This document shows, in pieces, positions 51,044-64,000 of a DNA stretch of 64,000 nucleotides; the first letter of the stretch is position 1, and the number at the start of each line of letters is the position of its first letter. A program made the translations under genes and the position numbers. The notes under the pieces are model-generated. The model was given only the letters and a program-made list of their open reading frames with translations. It did not search any database and was not told where the DNA came from. The stretch comes from Felis catus (taxonomy: Eukaryota): the NCBI RefSeq assembly GCF_018350175.1, contig NC_058368.1, forward strand, positions 139,874,001 through 139,938,000, in the 5' to 3' direction.

Positions 51044-51262
51044 AAAAAAATTTTTTTTAATGTTTATTTATTCTTGAGAGAGACAGAGAGACAGAGCATG
51101 AGGGGGAAGGGGCAGAGAGAGAGGGAGACACAGTATCCGACACAGGCTCCGGGCTCTGAGCTGTCAGCATAGAGCCCAATGCAGAGTCGAACTCACAGAC
51201 CACCAGATCATGACCTGAGCCGAAGTTGGACGCTTAAATCGACTGAACCACCCAGGCGCCCC
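51044..51262 (-). mobile_element. Can-SINE
   Basis: TSD aatttctttcctt at 51031-51043 and 51263-51275. Confidence 0.93.
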
Positions 51263-51419
51263 AATTTCTTTCCTTTTCAAATTGAGTTCAGCAGAAGAAT
51301 GATAGTAGTATATTTTCTTGTTTTGATCTTTATTTTGAATGAGAATGCCTCTATTTTCTTGCTGTAAGTTATTTTGTTGGCTATTAGAGTAATTCCTCTT
51401 ATGTTAAGAAAGCATTCTT

Positions 51420-51645
51420 GGGGCACCTCAGTGGCTCAGTCGGTTGAGCATCCGACTTCGGCTCAGGTCACGATCTCGCAGTTGGTGAGTTGGAGCCCCG
51501 CCGTCGGGCTCTGTGCTGACAGCTTAGAGCCTGGAGCCTGCTTCAGATTCTGTGTCTCCTTCTCTCTCTGCCCCTCTCCTGATCATGCTCTGTTTCTCTC
51601 TGTCTCAAAAATAAATAAAACATTAAAAAAATTTTTTTTTAAAAT
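51420..51645 (+). mobile_element. Can-SINE
   Basis: TSD agcattctt. Confidence 0.92.
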
Positions 51646-53352
51646 TTAGCATTCTTCTCTTTCTACTGCACTGGGTATGATTCTCAGGCCATAAACTCAG
51701 GTGTGTGAGAAAACTAATTGAAGTAAATTTGTATTTTCAGGCTTCATTCTGCCAGATGGCAAGACCTTAATCTCAATTTAACTGGTGTTACTCCTGTCCT
51801 TTTCCAAGGGGTTTACATTGTGCCAGGGTGCACAGGGTGGGGCCTCTGGGGGTGGGAAGCCATCTTATTCCAGCCAGCTTTGAGGCAAGGATCCAAGGGG
51901 CTGGGCGAGGAGGAGCTGCAAAGGTTGGGGTTTTCTCTTTTCTCTCTGAGATTGCACTGGGATGTGGTAAAATCAAGGAGTGTTCAGAGAAGTTTTGCTT
52001 GCCCTGAGCTCCCTGGTCTTGCCTTGACAGCTTGTCCTCCTGTTATAACATTCATAACTCTGTAGGTGTGGAGTAAGGTCAAAAGTGAGGCATGAAATGA
52101 GGCATGGTGGGAATGAGAAGGTGGGTGAGGGTCCAGGCAGCAGTGGGAACAACGTGAGGAAGGAAGAGGGGAGGATGGAACAAAGGAAAGTTCCAGTAGC
52201 AAGTAGAAAGAATAGGTCTAGGTCAGCATAAATTGGCTGCTGCTACATCTAAGCAAATTTGCCAGCTAGTTCTACTGAGGGGCTTCCTGTATTTCAGTTA
52301 GAAATAATGAAAAAGAAAGCCGGCACAACCCCAAACCCAATATTTTGAAATACAAACACTTATCTTATATTCTGTATTTAAGCATATATAAAGTTTTCAT
52401 ACAAAGGGCAGAAAATTGAGGCAGTTAAAAAATGAGCATGCAAAGAAGATTTTGACCTGTAGCTCTGATTTCGATACAACATAGCTTGGGAGATCAGAGA
52501 GAAATGTTGTATTCCGCCACAGTGTGTTTAAACAAGAGAATGTTTTGATTTCCTTGGGAAGACAAGTCTGCACCATGTTCTTCCTGTTCTTTGAAGAATG
52601 CAGCAGGCGGGACAGCTGGTTCTGGGGTAACTGTGATCAGCAGTGCAGCCTTCCTTCTCCAGATCACAGGCCGCCATGTAGTTCTGAAGCTGCCTTTTGG
52701 GGCTGTTGTTTTTTCACTCTCTGTCTGATTCATTCTGAGTCATGGGGAGCACACTCCCAATGCAATGAGGTGCACTGCAGAGAGGGCTGGCCTGCTCGTT
52801 CTGCACCAGTAAATGTCTGCTTGAGTCTTTCTATCAGAAATGGTTGGGAGAGTCACAACACAGGGGAAAGAAAATGGGAGTGTGAGGGTTCTGCCCGGGA
52901 GGATTTGAATGAAGAGAAATGGGAGTAACAAAGAGAGTTTTCTGGGGTTTTCCTAGGGACCACATAATGGACTCATGTGCTTGATGGGTAGCTGTATTTC
53001 TCTGTGTCATGATTCTCAAGCAACCAAGGTGCCATATCAATAATAGCATTCTCTCCTAATGAAAGGTTCCACTGAAGCATGTCTGGTTCCAGTCGGAGGT
53101 TAGGGATGGGGAGGTGACCTCAGTGGCAGAACATTACAAAATGGCAAGTCTCCTTGGTCATCAGTCTTCCCCAAATACATTTACTTGTAGTCTCTCGGTA
53201 GGGGATGGAGGGATATCATCCCAGCCCCGCTGGAGGGACATGATTTTCCAGGCTGTGAGAGGCTTCTGTTCACTAAGAATCTGCTGAAGCTGAGCACGGC
53301 TTGAAAAATTTAATCTCCGCAAAAGTGGCCCTGTACTCGATGAGAGTTTCTT

Positions 53353-53596
53353 TTTTTTTTTTTTTTAATTTTTTTTTCAACGTTTTTTATTTATTTTTGG
53401 GACAGAGAGAGACAGAGCATGAACGGGGGAGGGGCAGAGAGAGAGGGAGACACAGAATCCGAAACAGGGTCCAGGCTCCGAGCCATCAGCCCAGAGCCCG
53501 ACGCGGGGCTCGAACTCCCGGACCGCGAGATCGGACCGCGAGATCGTGACCTGGCTGAAGTCGGACGCTTAACCGACTGCGCCACCCAGGCGCCCC
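53353..53596 (-). mobile_element. Young Can-SINE with an internal 13-bp tandem duplication
   Basis: TSD agagtttctt at 53343-53352 and 53598-53607; cggaccgcgagat twice at 53519-53544. Confidence 0.95.
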
Positions 53597-56506
53597 AAGA
53601 GTTTCTTCCAAGGAGATAGGACAGAGGCATTACTCCTTGAGGATATTAAAAGCTAGAATATAATGGAAGTGTGGTACATTTCTCTCCTTCCTTATTTCTG
53701 TTCTTGTTACAATTACTTCAAACAGAAGTATGTTAAATTGAGAAGATGGAGACAATTAGTTAAAAACTCTCTCATTGACCTCTCTTTTGCCTCAAGACGT
53801 GAAAATCCAGCGGGTTTGCTGTGGTAGTGCTGCTTCCATTCACCAGAGACAAGAACCATAACACATTAAAATGAGAGAAGGAGGCAATTGGTTGCATTAG
53901 TGGCAAAAGCAATTGGAACAAAATGTATTGGTAGTCTGGAAATCATTCCGTGTGTGATTATCTGTGTGCTTTGTATTAAGAAGAAATACTCATAATGGAA
54001 GGACATGGGGGATAGCCTTCTTTTCATTGGCACAAGAACTTTTACTTGAGAGTCCTATGGTTCTAAGGCATAAAAAAGCAAATTTGCCCCTGAAACAGTG
54101 TAGTGTGCAGTAAAAGTCATTTTCAGCACTTCTTCTGAATTCAGCTCACGTAGCCTTCTCGTAGGCTATAAGGAGGTTCAAGCTGTTCTAAAACAGTCAT
54201 CACGATCCATTACACTCTGTTCCCTGTAGCTTTTGTTCCCAGTTGCATGTGATACTGTAATTGTGAGAGAAAATTTAAAGTACATGCTGACTTTACATAT
54301 GGAAGGATTATAGTTTCACTCGTTCAAAGCATTCTCAAATATACCATCAAGAATCTCGTGTGGACAACCCAGGGCGAAGATACCATTTTGAAAGATGATA
54401 TATCAAATTAATATTCCTTTTATGTTAAGAGAAATACCTTAGGAGAAAAATACCTCTTGAGTTTGTGGCTTCGTATACATATGGGAAACAGAAAATTCAA
54501 GCCAATAATTTAAGCCCTAAAGGTTTGCTGCAAATGCCTATATCACTGAACAAAAACATATTGCCTTTTGAAAAATTAACAAAAAAAATTTTTTAAAGTT
54601 ATCTTTAATTGGAGATTTTATGGATATGATTTCTAATTAATGATAAAGGTATCATATATCATATGTTAAATTATGTTTGAGTGCAATTATTCTCTTTTGG
54701 GATGTTGCAGACCTATTTTTGAAAGGCTCAGAAAACAATGAAGAGAAAACACAAACTTTCATACTAGTTTATTCCTTCAAACTCTAGGGAAAACTCAACA
54801 TTTTCTCCTAAGAACCAATTCCTGCTCCTATGCTCATTATTGTTTCATATTTTCTAGCCATTCTGTCTTCTTTGAAATTCCTCACTCTTTACTTCTCTGT
54901 GCTGTTAGCAAGTCCCACTAACTCTTCTCTCATAAAGCTGCTCTCCTCCATAGCATCTCAGAATTTTATGAATTTGAAGGAGGCTCCTGTAATTCAGTTT
55001 TTTGAAAACTTCCAAAGTAGCATAAACTTCTCTGCAAATGATACCTAGAAGCCCTCATATTACTCCTGCTGCTACGACTACTACAATGGCAACGACAACG
55101 ACTACTACTGCTATTATATCTGATTTGATTGAAGCCAGAATGCAAGGGAGGGTCATAGTTCTCTGTCTATTTGGTCCGTACTTACTGGAGTGCTGTTGCC
55201 TGCAGAGATGCTTTATTTAATCCCAAGGGATCCTTAGCGTGGAAGAAACAAAGCTTCAAAGGCAAGTGTCTCATCCAAGATCATTAAGCCAGTTAGTGCA
55301 GAGCTGGGACTAGAAGTCAAGTTGGAGTTTAGTGCCCTTTAGTACCATTATCCCTACCATCACTGTTACCACCTGATACCTGCCTTATTGCGGTACGTTC
55401 TTAGTAGTCTTTCCTCTCTCCTCTTTTACTCCCCCATTTCCATAAGCTATTTTGTGTTCTTTCCTTTGTGCAACAGCCTCTCCATTACCTATAAAATCCA
55501 GCCTCAGTCTTTATGGGTTCCTTTCAGGCTCTTTACAGTCCGAGTTTTTTCTTACATTGTTCCCCAGTTCAAAGCCACCATGCTACTCTGGTTGGCTTCT
55601 TTTCTGATACTTGAATCACCTCTGAGTCTTCCCTTATACTCTTCCCTCTATCTGGAATGTTGGCTTTCCATCTGTGCTATCCTTCCATGCAAGATCCTTG
55701 AAACATGTTCTGACTACACCAGTTCACAGTTTCCCCTTTTGTGTTTTGAAGGAATGTATTCTGTACCTTTTTTTTTTTTTAGCTTTTATATGTCATATGG
55801 GTAAGAATATGCATTGTTTCATCAGTAAAAAATATAAGTTTTCCTAGAACATAGACCATGGCTTATTTTGTACATGATACTGACACCATACTGTGAAAAC
55901 CAGCTGTATTTTGTGAGTGAATTAAATTGGATTGAGGTAACGAAAAGTTATCCTGCTCTTGAACCACAAGGATCCACTGCAGCATTTTGCATGTAGCTGA
56001 TAATGGTTGCTCCAGCTGACTCTCATCCATTTTCCTTTCCCACCACAAAAAAACTGGATCTAAGATTTTCTATTTGATCATATTCTGTAGCTATGCCATC
56101 AGCTGAATCATTAAACAATTCTAATTGAATATAAACAGATGTCAATAACAATTATGTAAATGTTTTATTGCAAATGACTATTTCTACAAGTTTTCAATAA
56201 ATGTCATACACTTGCATAGTACAATGAATATAATTCATTTTCAGATTAATAAGAATTACACCAAAAGCCATATTGGCTCCTGGAGTAGATGCTGTCTATG
56301 TGTCTCTCATATCCAGATAACAGACTAAGGCAGGACTCTGCACCTTATCTGTCTAAATATTTACAATGGGAATTCACATGGCAGGGTTATTTGAAATGAA
56401 AAATGGAGTCAGAATTCTGTCTGGTTATTGATTTGACAACGAGGGATAATGTTGCTAATTAGGTTATTGATGTGTTTTTTCAATATACTTTTGTTAATAC
56501 CTTTTT

Positions 56507-56696
56507 ATTATTATTTTTTAATGTTTATTTATTTTGAAAGAGAAAGGGAGTGGGGGAGGGACAGAAAGAGAGGGAGAGAGAGAGAATCACAAGCAGGCTC
56601 TGTGCTGTCAGCGCAGAGCCCTATGCGGGGCTTGATTCCACAGAACCATGAGTTTATGATCTGATGCTTAACTGACTGAGCCAACCCAGGTGTCTC
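56507..56696 (-). mobile_element. Can-SINE (older)
   Basis: TSD ttaataccttttt. Confidence 0.87.
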
Positions 56697-56893
56697 TATT
56701 AATACCTTTTTAAAAAAACCTACAAGCTATAGATTTAACTCAATTTATTGAAAGTATGTTAACATTATTGAATATAATTAACAATATCTTAGTTTTCCCA
56801 ACATGGTAAGAGTGTATTATGCTAAAGAAGATGCCTCTTAATGCAAGAGTAAGAGGTATAACTCATAGGTATTTGATCAGTTTGGGCAAAGCC

Positions 56894-57093
56894 TTTTTTT
56901 TTTTTTTTTTTTTTTGAGAGAGAGAGCGAGCAAGCAGTGTGAGTGGGGGGAGAGGGACAGAAGGAGAGAGAGAGAATCTCAAGCAGTCTCCATGCTCAGC
57001 ATGGAACCCCATGTGGGGCTCAATACCAGGACCCTGGGATCATGACCTGAGCTGAAATCAGTTGTTTAACTGACTGAGCGACCAAGGCACCCC
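56894..57093 (-). mobile_element. Can-SINE (older)
   Basis: Poly-T tail, (GA)n body, reverse head. Confidence 0.87.
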
Positions 57094-57760
57094 ATTGGCA
57101 GAGGTTTTTTAATATATTCCCAGAAATTGAGAAATTGGTATTTCTAATGATGGGTAGCAAATCTCTTCACAATTCAGGATGATTTCCATTTCTTTGCTTT
57201 CAACAGAATTGGAGAAGATCTAATTGAGTTGTCAGCTGATGGATCACAGAAATAGTACTTGGAGATATGCTACTGTGTGGTTTTGGCATGTAAAGTGGAA
57301 GAAGTTCAAAGAGTTGAGTGACATTTTATAGCAAATTATGCTCCAATACTGTCTATTTATATATATGAATAAAGATTCCCAGAGTTCCCAAAAAACATAT
57401 TAGAATTGGTACCAAACCCAATCTCATTATAGCAATAAATAATTACCCACCAAAACATGAAATGAAATGAAAAATCCTCATCCATTCAATTAACAAAATA
57501 ATTTCTAATTTTAAAAATATATTTAAAATTTACAATACATTTATGTTGCTTTTGGTAAAGTATATACTAATAATACTTGTAGTAACAACTTAATCCAGAA
57601 GGAAAAATTTTACCTTGAAGGATGAAATGACATCAGTAAAAAATTTCAAGTATGAAGGTATTTTATGTGAAGATATTTTGTGGGGAAGGTGGAATGGAAA
57701 TACGATTTCAGAGAGAAAAAAGAATGGTATAAAGTTTCTAAGTGTTGAAGATCAACTTGT

Positions 57761-57761
<1 letters not shown>

Positions 57762-57800
<39 letters not shown>
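57762..57800. repeat. (TCTA)n tetranucleotide microsatellite
   Basis: About 9 perfect tatc units. Confidence 0.92.
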
Positions 57801-58449
57801 TTTTTCCAATGGATGGTATTGGGTATCAATAGCTTTGGTATTTTCTTTGAATTACATTATTCCTTTATTTTAAGATGTCAATATTTACAATATGCCAGAA
57901 ATCAAATCCTTTGAAACTGTTTAAATTTAAAATGATTTAGATGTGAATTAGCGTGTTGTGTGTGACTGGGTACATAGTTTCCCAAATTATTTTACAGGAA
58001 TGCATAAGTGGGAGCTTGGGAACCGATTCTGTCTGCCTCTCTAGCCTTATCTGATGCTTCTCACTCATTTTTCTCTCTACTTCTGACATATTCTGGTCCT
58101 TATTCAGTTCTCTAAATGCTCCCACTTGCTTCTTGCTTGGGAACTTTTCCCTCTTCCCTATCTACTCAGTGGCACCAATCTGCCCCCAGTACTAGCTCAA
58201 CCACCCTTAACCAAATGATGTCCACTTCCTCCTTCTGAACCAAGCTTCAGTGATAGGTCTTAGGGAAACTTACCAAAGATTACCAAAGTTAGGTTCCCTA
58301 GAATGTCCCCTATCCCCATAACACCTTGATCTTTTCCTGTGTATCTCTTATCACAATTATGATTTTAAAATTGATTTAAATCCCATAAGGGAAGGGACCG
58401 ACTGACTTAATCACTGCTATATCCCCAAGAGAGTCTAGTACGGAAGTGG

Positions 58450-58899
58450 TGTTAAAGAAAAAATATTCATAACCCTTGTTAAAGATGGTAAGGTAGGCTT
58501 TATTCAGTACCAATGCAGTAGGGACCACTTGGGTAGGATTTTGCAGTGGGGAAGAGAGATTGGATTCAACTTCAAATACCCCACAGGCAAGTGGAAATTT
58601 ATATCCAAGGAATAGTGTGGGAGTCAGTGGATGGAAAATTACTTAGAGGAGACATCAGGGATCAGGGACATTTTGGCTAACCAAAGCTAACAGCATTCTT
58701 ACTGAAGATGGGCCAGGGTGATGGGACACTGCCTGGGAGATGGTGGAGGTTGATCAGATATCAAGAGTGGGAGGTTCTAGTTAAATTGACTCAGCAGAAT
58801 TCTTGCTAATACTGGATTTTACAAGGAAGTACACAGATGGGGTGTAGGAGAAGGTTCAGGAACCTGACTCATGTTTGGTCAAGCAAAGAATCTTTGTCA
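58450..58899 (-). mobile_element. ERV1-class solo LTR (MER31-like) inserted in an L2 3' end
   Basis: Minus strand begins TGACAAAGATTCTTTGCTTGACCAAAC; TG...CA termini; flanks gtgg/ttgg; L2 tail (ctcaatatttgttggatagatg) resumes after it. Confidence 0.7.
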
Positions 58900-59119
58900 T
58901 TGGGTGCATAGAAGTGACTCAATATTTGTTGGATAGATGAGTAAACAATGCTGCTTATCCTTCATAGCTGTGTGTGGCCACAGATACTTGCAGAGTATTG
59001 TTATTAATTTAAAAAGGAAGGATTTCTTTGTTGATGAAAGATCTCAAGGAAACCTTACTAATAGTTCTGGGAACCAAATGCGATTATATACAGGAAAAGA
59101 CTTTGGAAGAGTTAAAGTT

Positions 59120-59600
59120 GGTATTCACATGTTGGCTATTTCACACACACTCTCTGCATCAGGTGGATTCTCTGGGAAACAGTCAACCAAGATGGGCTTA
59201 AGCATGCAGGAAATTTGTTGAGAAAATGAGGAGAGGGAGAACAGAAGGAGGTAGGAGAGCTGCAGCCTGTGAAGCAAATTTGATACCTGTGAAGGAGAGG
59301 GGGAAGGAAGGAGGATTTGTCAGGGAATCTCAAACTGCAGTGCACTTCTAAGAATGTATCAGCCTTATCAGTGGAGAGTTCTCTAGCCCAAGTCAACTGT
59401 TACAGGAGTCTCACATCCACAAGATGGATGGCACCAGTACCCCTGCCATGCACAGTCAAGTCTTGGAACAGTCCAGAGGAAGCATGGCCTTGGTGCAGAC
59501 ATGATGATGGATCCAGAGGGATGCAGCCGGGGCTTTTGGTCCACTCTATTCCTGCCAGCAGGAGATCTGAGTGGTCCATTTTCATGGCCACCACACACAC
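59120..59600 (-). mobile_element. Old MLT1-type LTR
   Basis: ggattctctgggaaacag...gagagttctctagcccaag...atggccaccaca. Confidence 0.5.
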
Positions 59601-59949
59601 AAATCTGGAGGAGCATAATCTGTGGTATCATTTTCTAATTTGTCTAGCAGGTCATTCTACATAGCACTGGGGGCATGGCTTACATTCTCTGATTTCCAGT
59701 TTATAATTCATGGGTGTATTTTCTTTGACAAAGGCTCAACTTATTCTATTAATGCCACTAAGTTTTCTGGCCTACCAGCCAGTTACCATCACTTCCTTGC
59801 CTAGTGCAGACAACATGGATCTCCGTTCTTTGTGACCACCAGTCCGTTTACTACCTGCAACTGACAGATTAGTTCTTGGTTATTCCAGTGTTGGGTTAGG
59901 AAACAGTAAAAAGCTAATGAGGAATGAAAGCAGGCCTTTAACAAACATA

Positions 59950-60161
59950 CTTTTTTTTTTAACTTTATTTATTTTGTGAGAGAGAGAGAGGAGGGGAGGG
60001 GCAGAGAGAGACAGAGACAGAGAGAGACAGAGAGTCCCAAGCAGGCTTTGGCACTGTCAGCACAGAGCCCGAGTTGGGGCTTGAACTCACAAACTGTGAG
60101 ATCATGACATGAGCCGAAATCAAGAGTTGGTTGGTTAACTGACTTAGCCACCCAGGCGCCT
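59950..60161 (-). mobile_element. Can-SINE
   Basis: Reverse canonical body. Confidence 0.9.
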
Positions 60162-61241
60162 CATAGCTAACAGACTTTCATTGTTGTAAAAGCTCTCTGT
60201 GTTAAACGCTTTTAATTTTATAACACACAATGGGAATTCAAAGGGACAGAATATAGAAACATTTATCTATGAAAGCTTTTCCAGTAGCTGATAACTGTTA
60301 TCTGGCAGTGTTCCTCTTTGGAGAAGTATGGAGACACAGGAAATAATATCTTAGCCCTCAGAAAGGCCAGAGAAGACCAGTTCCTGTCTTCTCCTTAGGG
60401 ATTCATTTGTCCCCAGTAGTTCTAACTGAACCATCAGTTCTATTTGTCTCGAGAAGAATTTTGTTAATGGTTCTGCTACTCTCCACTGTGAAGTTACCCT
60501 TGGAATAATAAGTTTTGAGTATGATCACCATGGTGATGCCATATGGGTCAGTGTGCACTCTTGCATGACCCAGACTTCACAGAACTTGATATTAGGCCTA
60601 GCTCTGTAGTCTCTTTTGGAGATACGTAATTATAAGTCAGTCATGTAGAGCACTAATACCAATCATATGAAGGCTTAATACTAAAATACCACTGAGAGAT
60701 AAAAAAAACTTTCAAATTTGTGCTCTTTCTTTTAAATCTGATGTTCCCTCCTTAGGGAGGTCTGGTTTTGAGTGGCTATATAATTGCATAGTAGTTTTGC
60801 TGGGTGTTTTCTTTTTTTTTTTTTCTACTCTCCTGATTTTTTACATTTAACTATGAAAGCCTTTCTGAAGTAGTATTAGTGAGGAAATACAAAAAATATA
60901 CATTTTCCATATGTGGTAACTACCTATTTTCATTATCAAAGGAATAAAGGGGCAGGATTAGAGAAATGAGTGAAGGGGTTCACAAGGAAACAAAAACTAA
61001 AAATACATGCATACATATATAAATGCCTACATTACCTTGCACACACTATGTGTTTTTAAAACCTCTCTTGATTTCTCTCTTGTTTTATGGATTGCCATGG
61101 TGACAGGAAGGGGAGAGAATTAGGAAAGAACTAGAATTATGATATTTGAAGCTTATAAAATCCATGTGAACATTTATTTGACCTGGTCATTGACTAATCC
61201 CTATTATGTGAAAGATACCCTCTATTGAAAAAGGTCTCCTT

Positions 61242-61460
61242 GGGGCACCTGGGTGGCTCAGTTGGTTAAGCATCTGACTTCGGCTCAGGTCATGATCTTG
61301 TGGTTCTTGGGTTCAAGCCCCACACTGGGCTCTGTGCTGACAGCTCAGAGCCTGGAGCCTGCTTCAGATTCTGTGTCTCCCTCTCTCTCTGCCCCTCCCC
61401 CATTCACAGTCTGTCTCTCTCAAAAATGAAACATTAAAAAAATGAAAAAAATAAATAGAA
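61242..61460 (+). mobile_element. Can-SINE
   Basis: TSD aaaggtctcct. Confidence 0.92.
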
Positions 61461-62560
61461 GACAAAGGTCTCCTCCTAGCACCCACCCAGTCTTCCCAGG
61501 ACTTCAGAGATTGTTGCTGATGGAGAATAGGTTCTTGCATCTGTAACACTTTTTGGTTTTAGCCATACAATATTTGGCAAGAAGAACAAAAGCTATAATA
61601 TCCTGGGTTTATCTGAGGGTGTTTAATGGTGATAGGCAGGCATTGGAGAAGCACAAATGGAGAAAACCTTTTGGCTGCCCTTTCAGCATGCAGAAAGAAC
61701 CTGTGCTATGGACACAGAGGGAGGAAGGAGAGGGAGAGACAAAGACAGAGAGAGAGAGAGAGAGAGAGAGGAAGCTCTAACCATCATAGCCACATTAATA
61801 CTGCAGAGCTGACCAGAGGGAAGCAAAACCTTTCATGCTAATCGCTGTTGATGATTTAATCCTCAGTGACTATGCATGAACAAGTGCATGGACCAAGAGT
61901 GATGGCTGTCTGTGACCAGACATGAGTGACTTTGAGGAAAGAAGACATCAATGGCACCATGGAAAAAGAAGGAAGAGGGACAAGGACAATGGGATTCAGT
62001 ATCCTAGATACTGCTTCCTAGTCACTCTGGTTAAGATAGCTTCCTGAACTGTGCTCTACAGAACACCAGTTCTATGAAACATTGAGATAGGACACACCAA
62101 GAAGAGGATTCCATGGCAGATAAATTAGGGAAATGCTACCTACCGTATCCTCCCAGTTGGCAATATGTAATATGTGTTAGTTGTATGAAGTAAAGAAAAT
62201 ATTCTAACTTTATTTAAACCCAGTGTTTCTTAAACCTTTTTGAATATAGAACTTTATTTTTTTTTTGCTCGTTTGGATATTTATTACTAGCATCCCAAGG
62301 GAAATATGTCCTGTTGAACAGTATGGAAATGCTGTATTATTAGTTAATGTGTGGAGCCATGAGAACTGGCTTTCAGAACCCAATAAATGGTCTTTTGAGT
62401 TCTTGACTATGTACCCAACCCTACATACATATCAAGGTCATCTGGTGGAATTTGAAAAAAAAAATGCCCATTCCCGATCTCACCCCAGATCTAAGTAATC
62501 TGAATCCAGGTGATAAGACCTTAGAGTCTGTATTTTAAAAATATTTCCCAGATAATTCTT

Positions 62561-62777
62561 TTTTTTAAAAATTTTTTTAATGTTTATTTCTGAGACATAG
62601 AGCATGAGTTGGGGGGGGGGGGTGGGAAAGAGAGAGAGGGAGACACAGAATCTGAAGCAGGCTCCAGGCTCTGAGCTGTCAGCACAGAGCCTGATGCGAG
62701 GCTTGAACTCACAGACTGTGAGATCATGATCTGAGCTGAAGTCGGACGCTCAACCGACTGAGCCACCCAGGCACCCC
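62561..62777 (-). mobile_element. Can-SINE inserted in a MER5-like element
   Basis: TSD tcccagataattctt at 62546-62560 and 62778-62792. Confidence 0.93.
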
Positions 62778-63785
62778 TCCCAGATAATTCTTATGAGCCA
62801 GCCCAGTACTGTTCTATGGATCAGCATTTAGAAACCATTAAATTGTAGAGTTTGGGCTCAGTTGTTCCAATAAAGTTTTTGTTGCCTCTGTGAAGTCCAG
62901 ACTACATAATCCGTGTAGGTGTAGTGTCATATATACCTAAACTGAATATAGCCTACCTATGTATTAATGTCAAAATTCTGGGGCTCAAAGTAGGCAAAAT
63001 GTGATTTTTCTCCTTCTGGCATTCTTCTTTAACAAAGCTAATTTTTGTCTAAATGTGTTGTCTTTTATTTTTAACTTGAAGAAAAAATGTTATTGAAGGA
63101 ATTGAATGAAGGGTTGATAAAGACAGGATAGCATACAAAATAATCTTTTAAGTCTTCAAGATGGAAGGATTTCATCTAGGGAAGTATAGCTCAAACTACC
63201 CTTTTAGTATGTTAGTAGGAACGACTCATATCAATGAACATGGAGTGGCATTTAAGTGCGGAGAAACGTGGCATTCTTTATAGGGGAATCTACTCATGCG
63301 GTCTGCACCTGAGCATCTTCCATAGATGTCTGCATCATTCTTATGGTTCAGCTTGACCATTTACTTGAAGGTAGTGAAGCATGACAGCTGATGGTTCTGA
63401 TAGATTCCTTAAACTTATCTAATATTCTGTTCCATGGTCAGAAGCAACTGTGTCCAATAACTGTGATGTTGTGAGTAATGGTTCAGAGTGGTGATAGTTA
63501 TATTAGAGTAGGTGGGATTGGTACTTTAAGAAAAATTCTACTAACATAAAAAATCTAGAATGTTTCTGCAATATGAAGTCATTTTATCATCAAAATAAAA
63601 TATGAGAAAGATAAAATTTTGGTCCAATACATTGGAGAATAATTCACATTTGGTAGGCTATTCAGAGTTACTTCACATATGATGTTGTTTTTTTTTTTAT
63701 GGTCTTTTATATATGGGAATTAATTCCAAGATAACAAACTTAGATCAGAAGATCCTGAACACTGTTAGATAAGAATTTTGCTTCT

Positions 63786-63983
63786 GGGGCACCTGGGCAG
63801 CTCAGTTGGTTGAGTGTCCAACTTTGGCTCAGATCATCATCTCACGTTTCGTGAGTTTGGCCCCACTTTGGGCTCACTGCTGTCAGCGCAGAGCCTACTT
63901 AGGATCCCCTGTCCCACTCTCTCACTGCCCCTCCCCTGATCTCTCTCTCTCTCTCAAAAAAAACAAATGAACATTTAAGAAAA
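63786..63983 (+). mobile_element. Can-SINE (older)
   Basis: TSD aagaattttgct. Confidence 0.9.
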
Positions 63984-64000
63984 AGAATTTTGCTCCTGAA

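Noticed and set aside
1..64000. tRNA genes, CRISPR arrays or other prokaryotic systems
   Set aside because: The tRNA-like A/B boxes all belong to SINE heads; there are no regularly spaced repeat-spacer arrays; the sequence is mammalian
21300..64000. Coding exons of a neighbouring gene (SV2C lies on this side of POC5 in human, from recall)
   Set aside because: No ORF or exon with recognisable transporter-like or other protein similarity; non-coding exons cannot be excluded by eye

Overview
Mammalian (carnivore, most likely felid) genomic DNA, judged from about 30 tRNA-derived Can-SINEs of the felid SINEC type and carnivore-type LINE-1s. The left ~11.5 kb is the 5' end of POC5 (centriolar protein) on the minus strand: a non-coding exon 1, three coding exons read directly from the sequence, and a CpG-island promoter with CHR, paired CCAAT and GC boxes. 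The gene continues off the left edge. The remaining ~52 kb looks intergenic and repeat-rich. It holds a processed PSPH pseudogene (~19.2-21.3 kb) carrying three SINEs, a 1.4 kb 5'-truncated L1 with a perfect TSD, a ~6.7 kb full-length but decayed L1, several nested solo LTRs, and old L2/MIR/MER5/Charlie fragments. A decayed ERV pol-end/env relic appears to lie in POC5 intron 3. I found no convincing wholly new biological system. The best leads are the PSPH retrocopy (an upstream in-frame ATG giving a 107-aa ORF, possibly reachable from the divergent side of the POC5 promoter), the intronic env relic and repeated same-site SINE insertions. Repeat subfamily names come from recalled consensus resemblance, not from a database search, and boundaries of old repeats are approximate.
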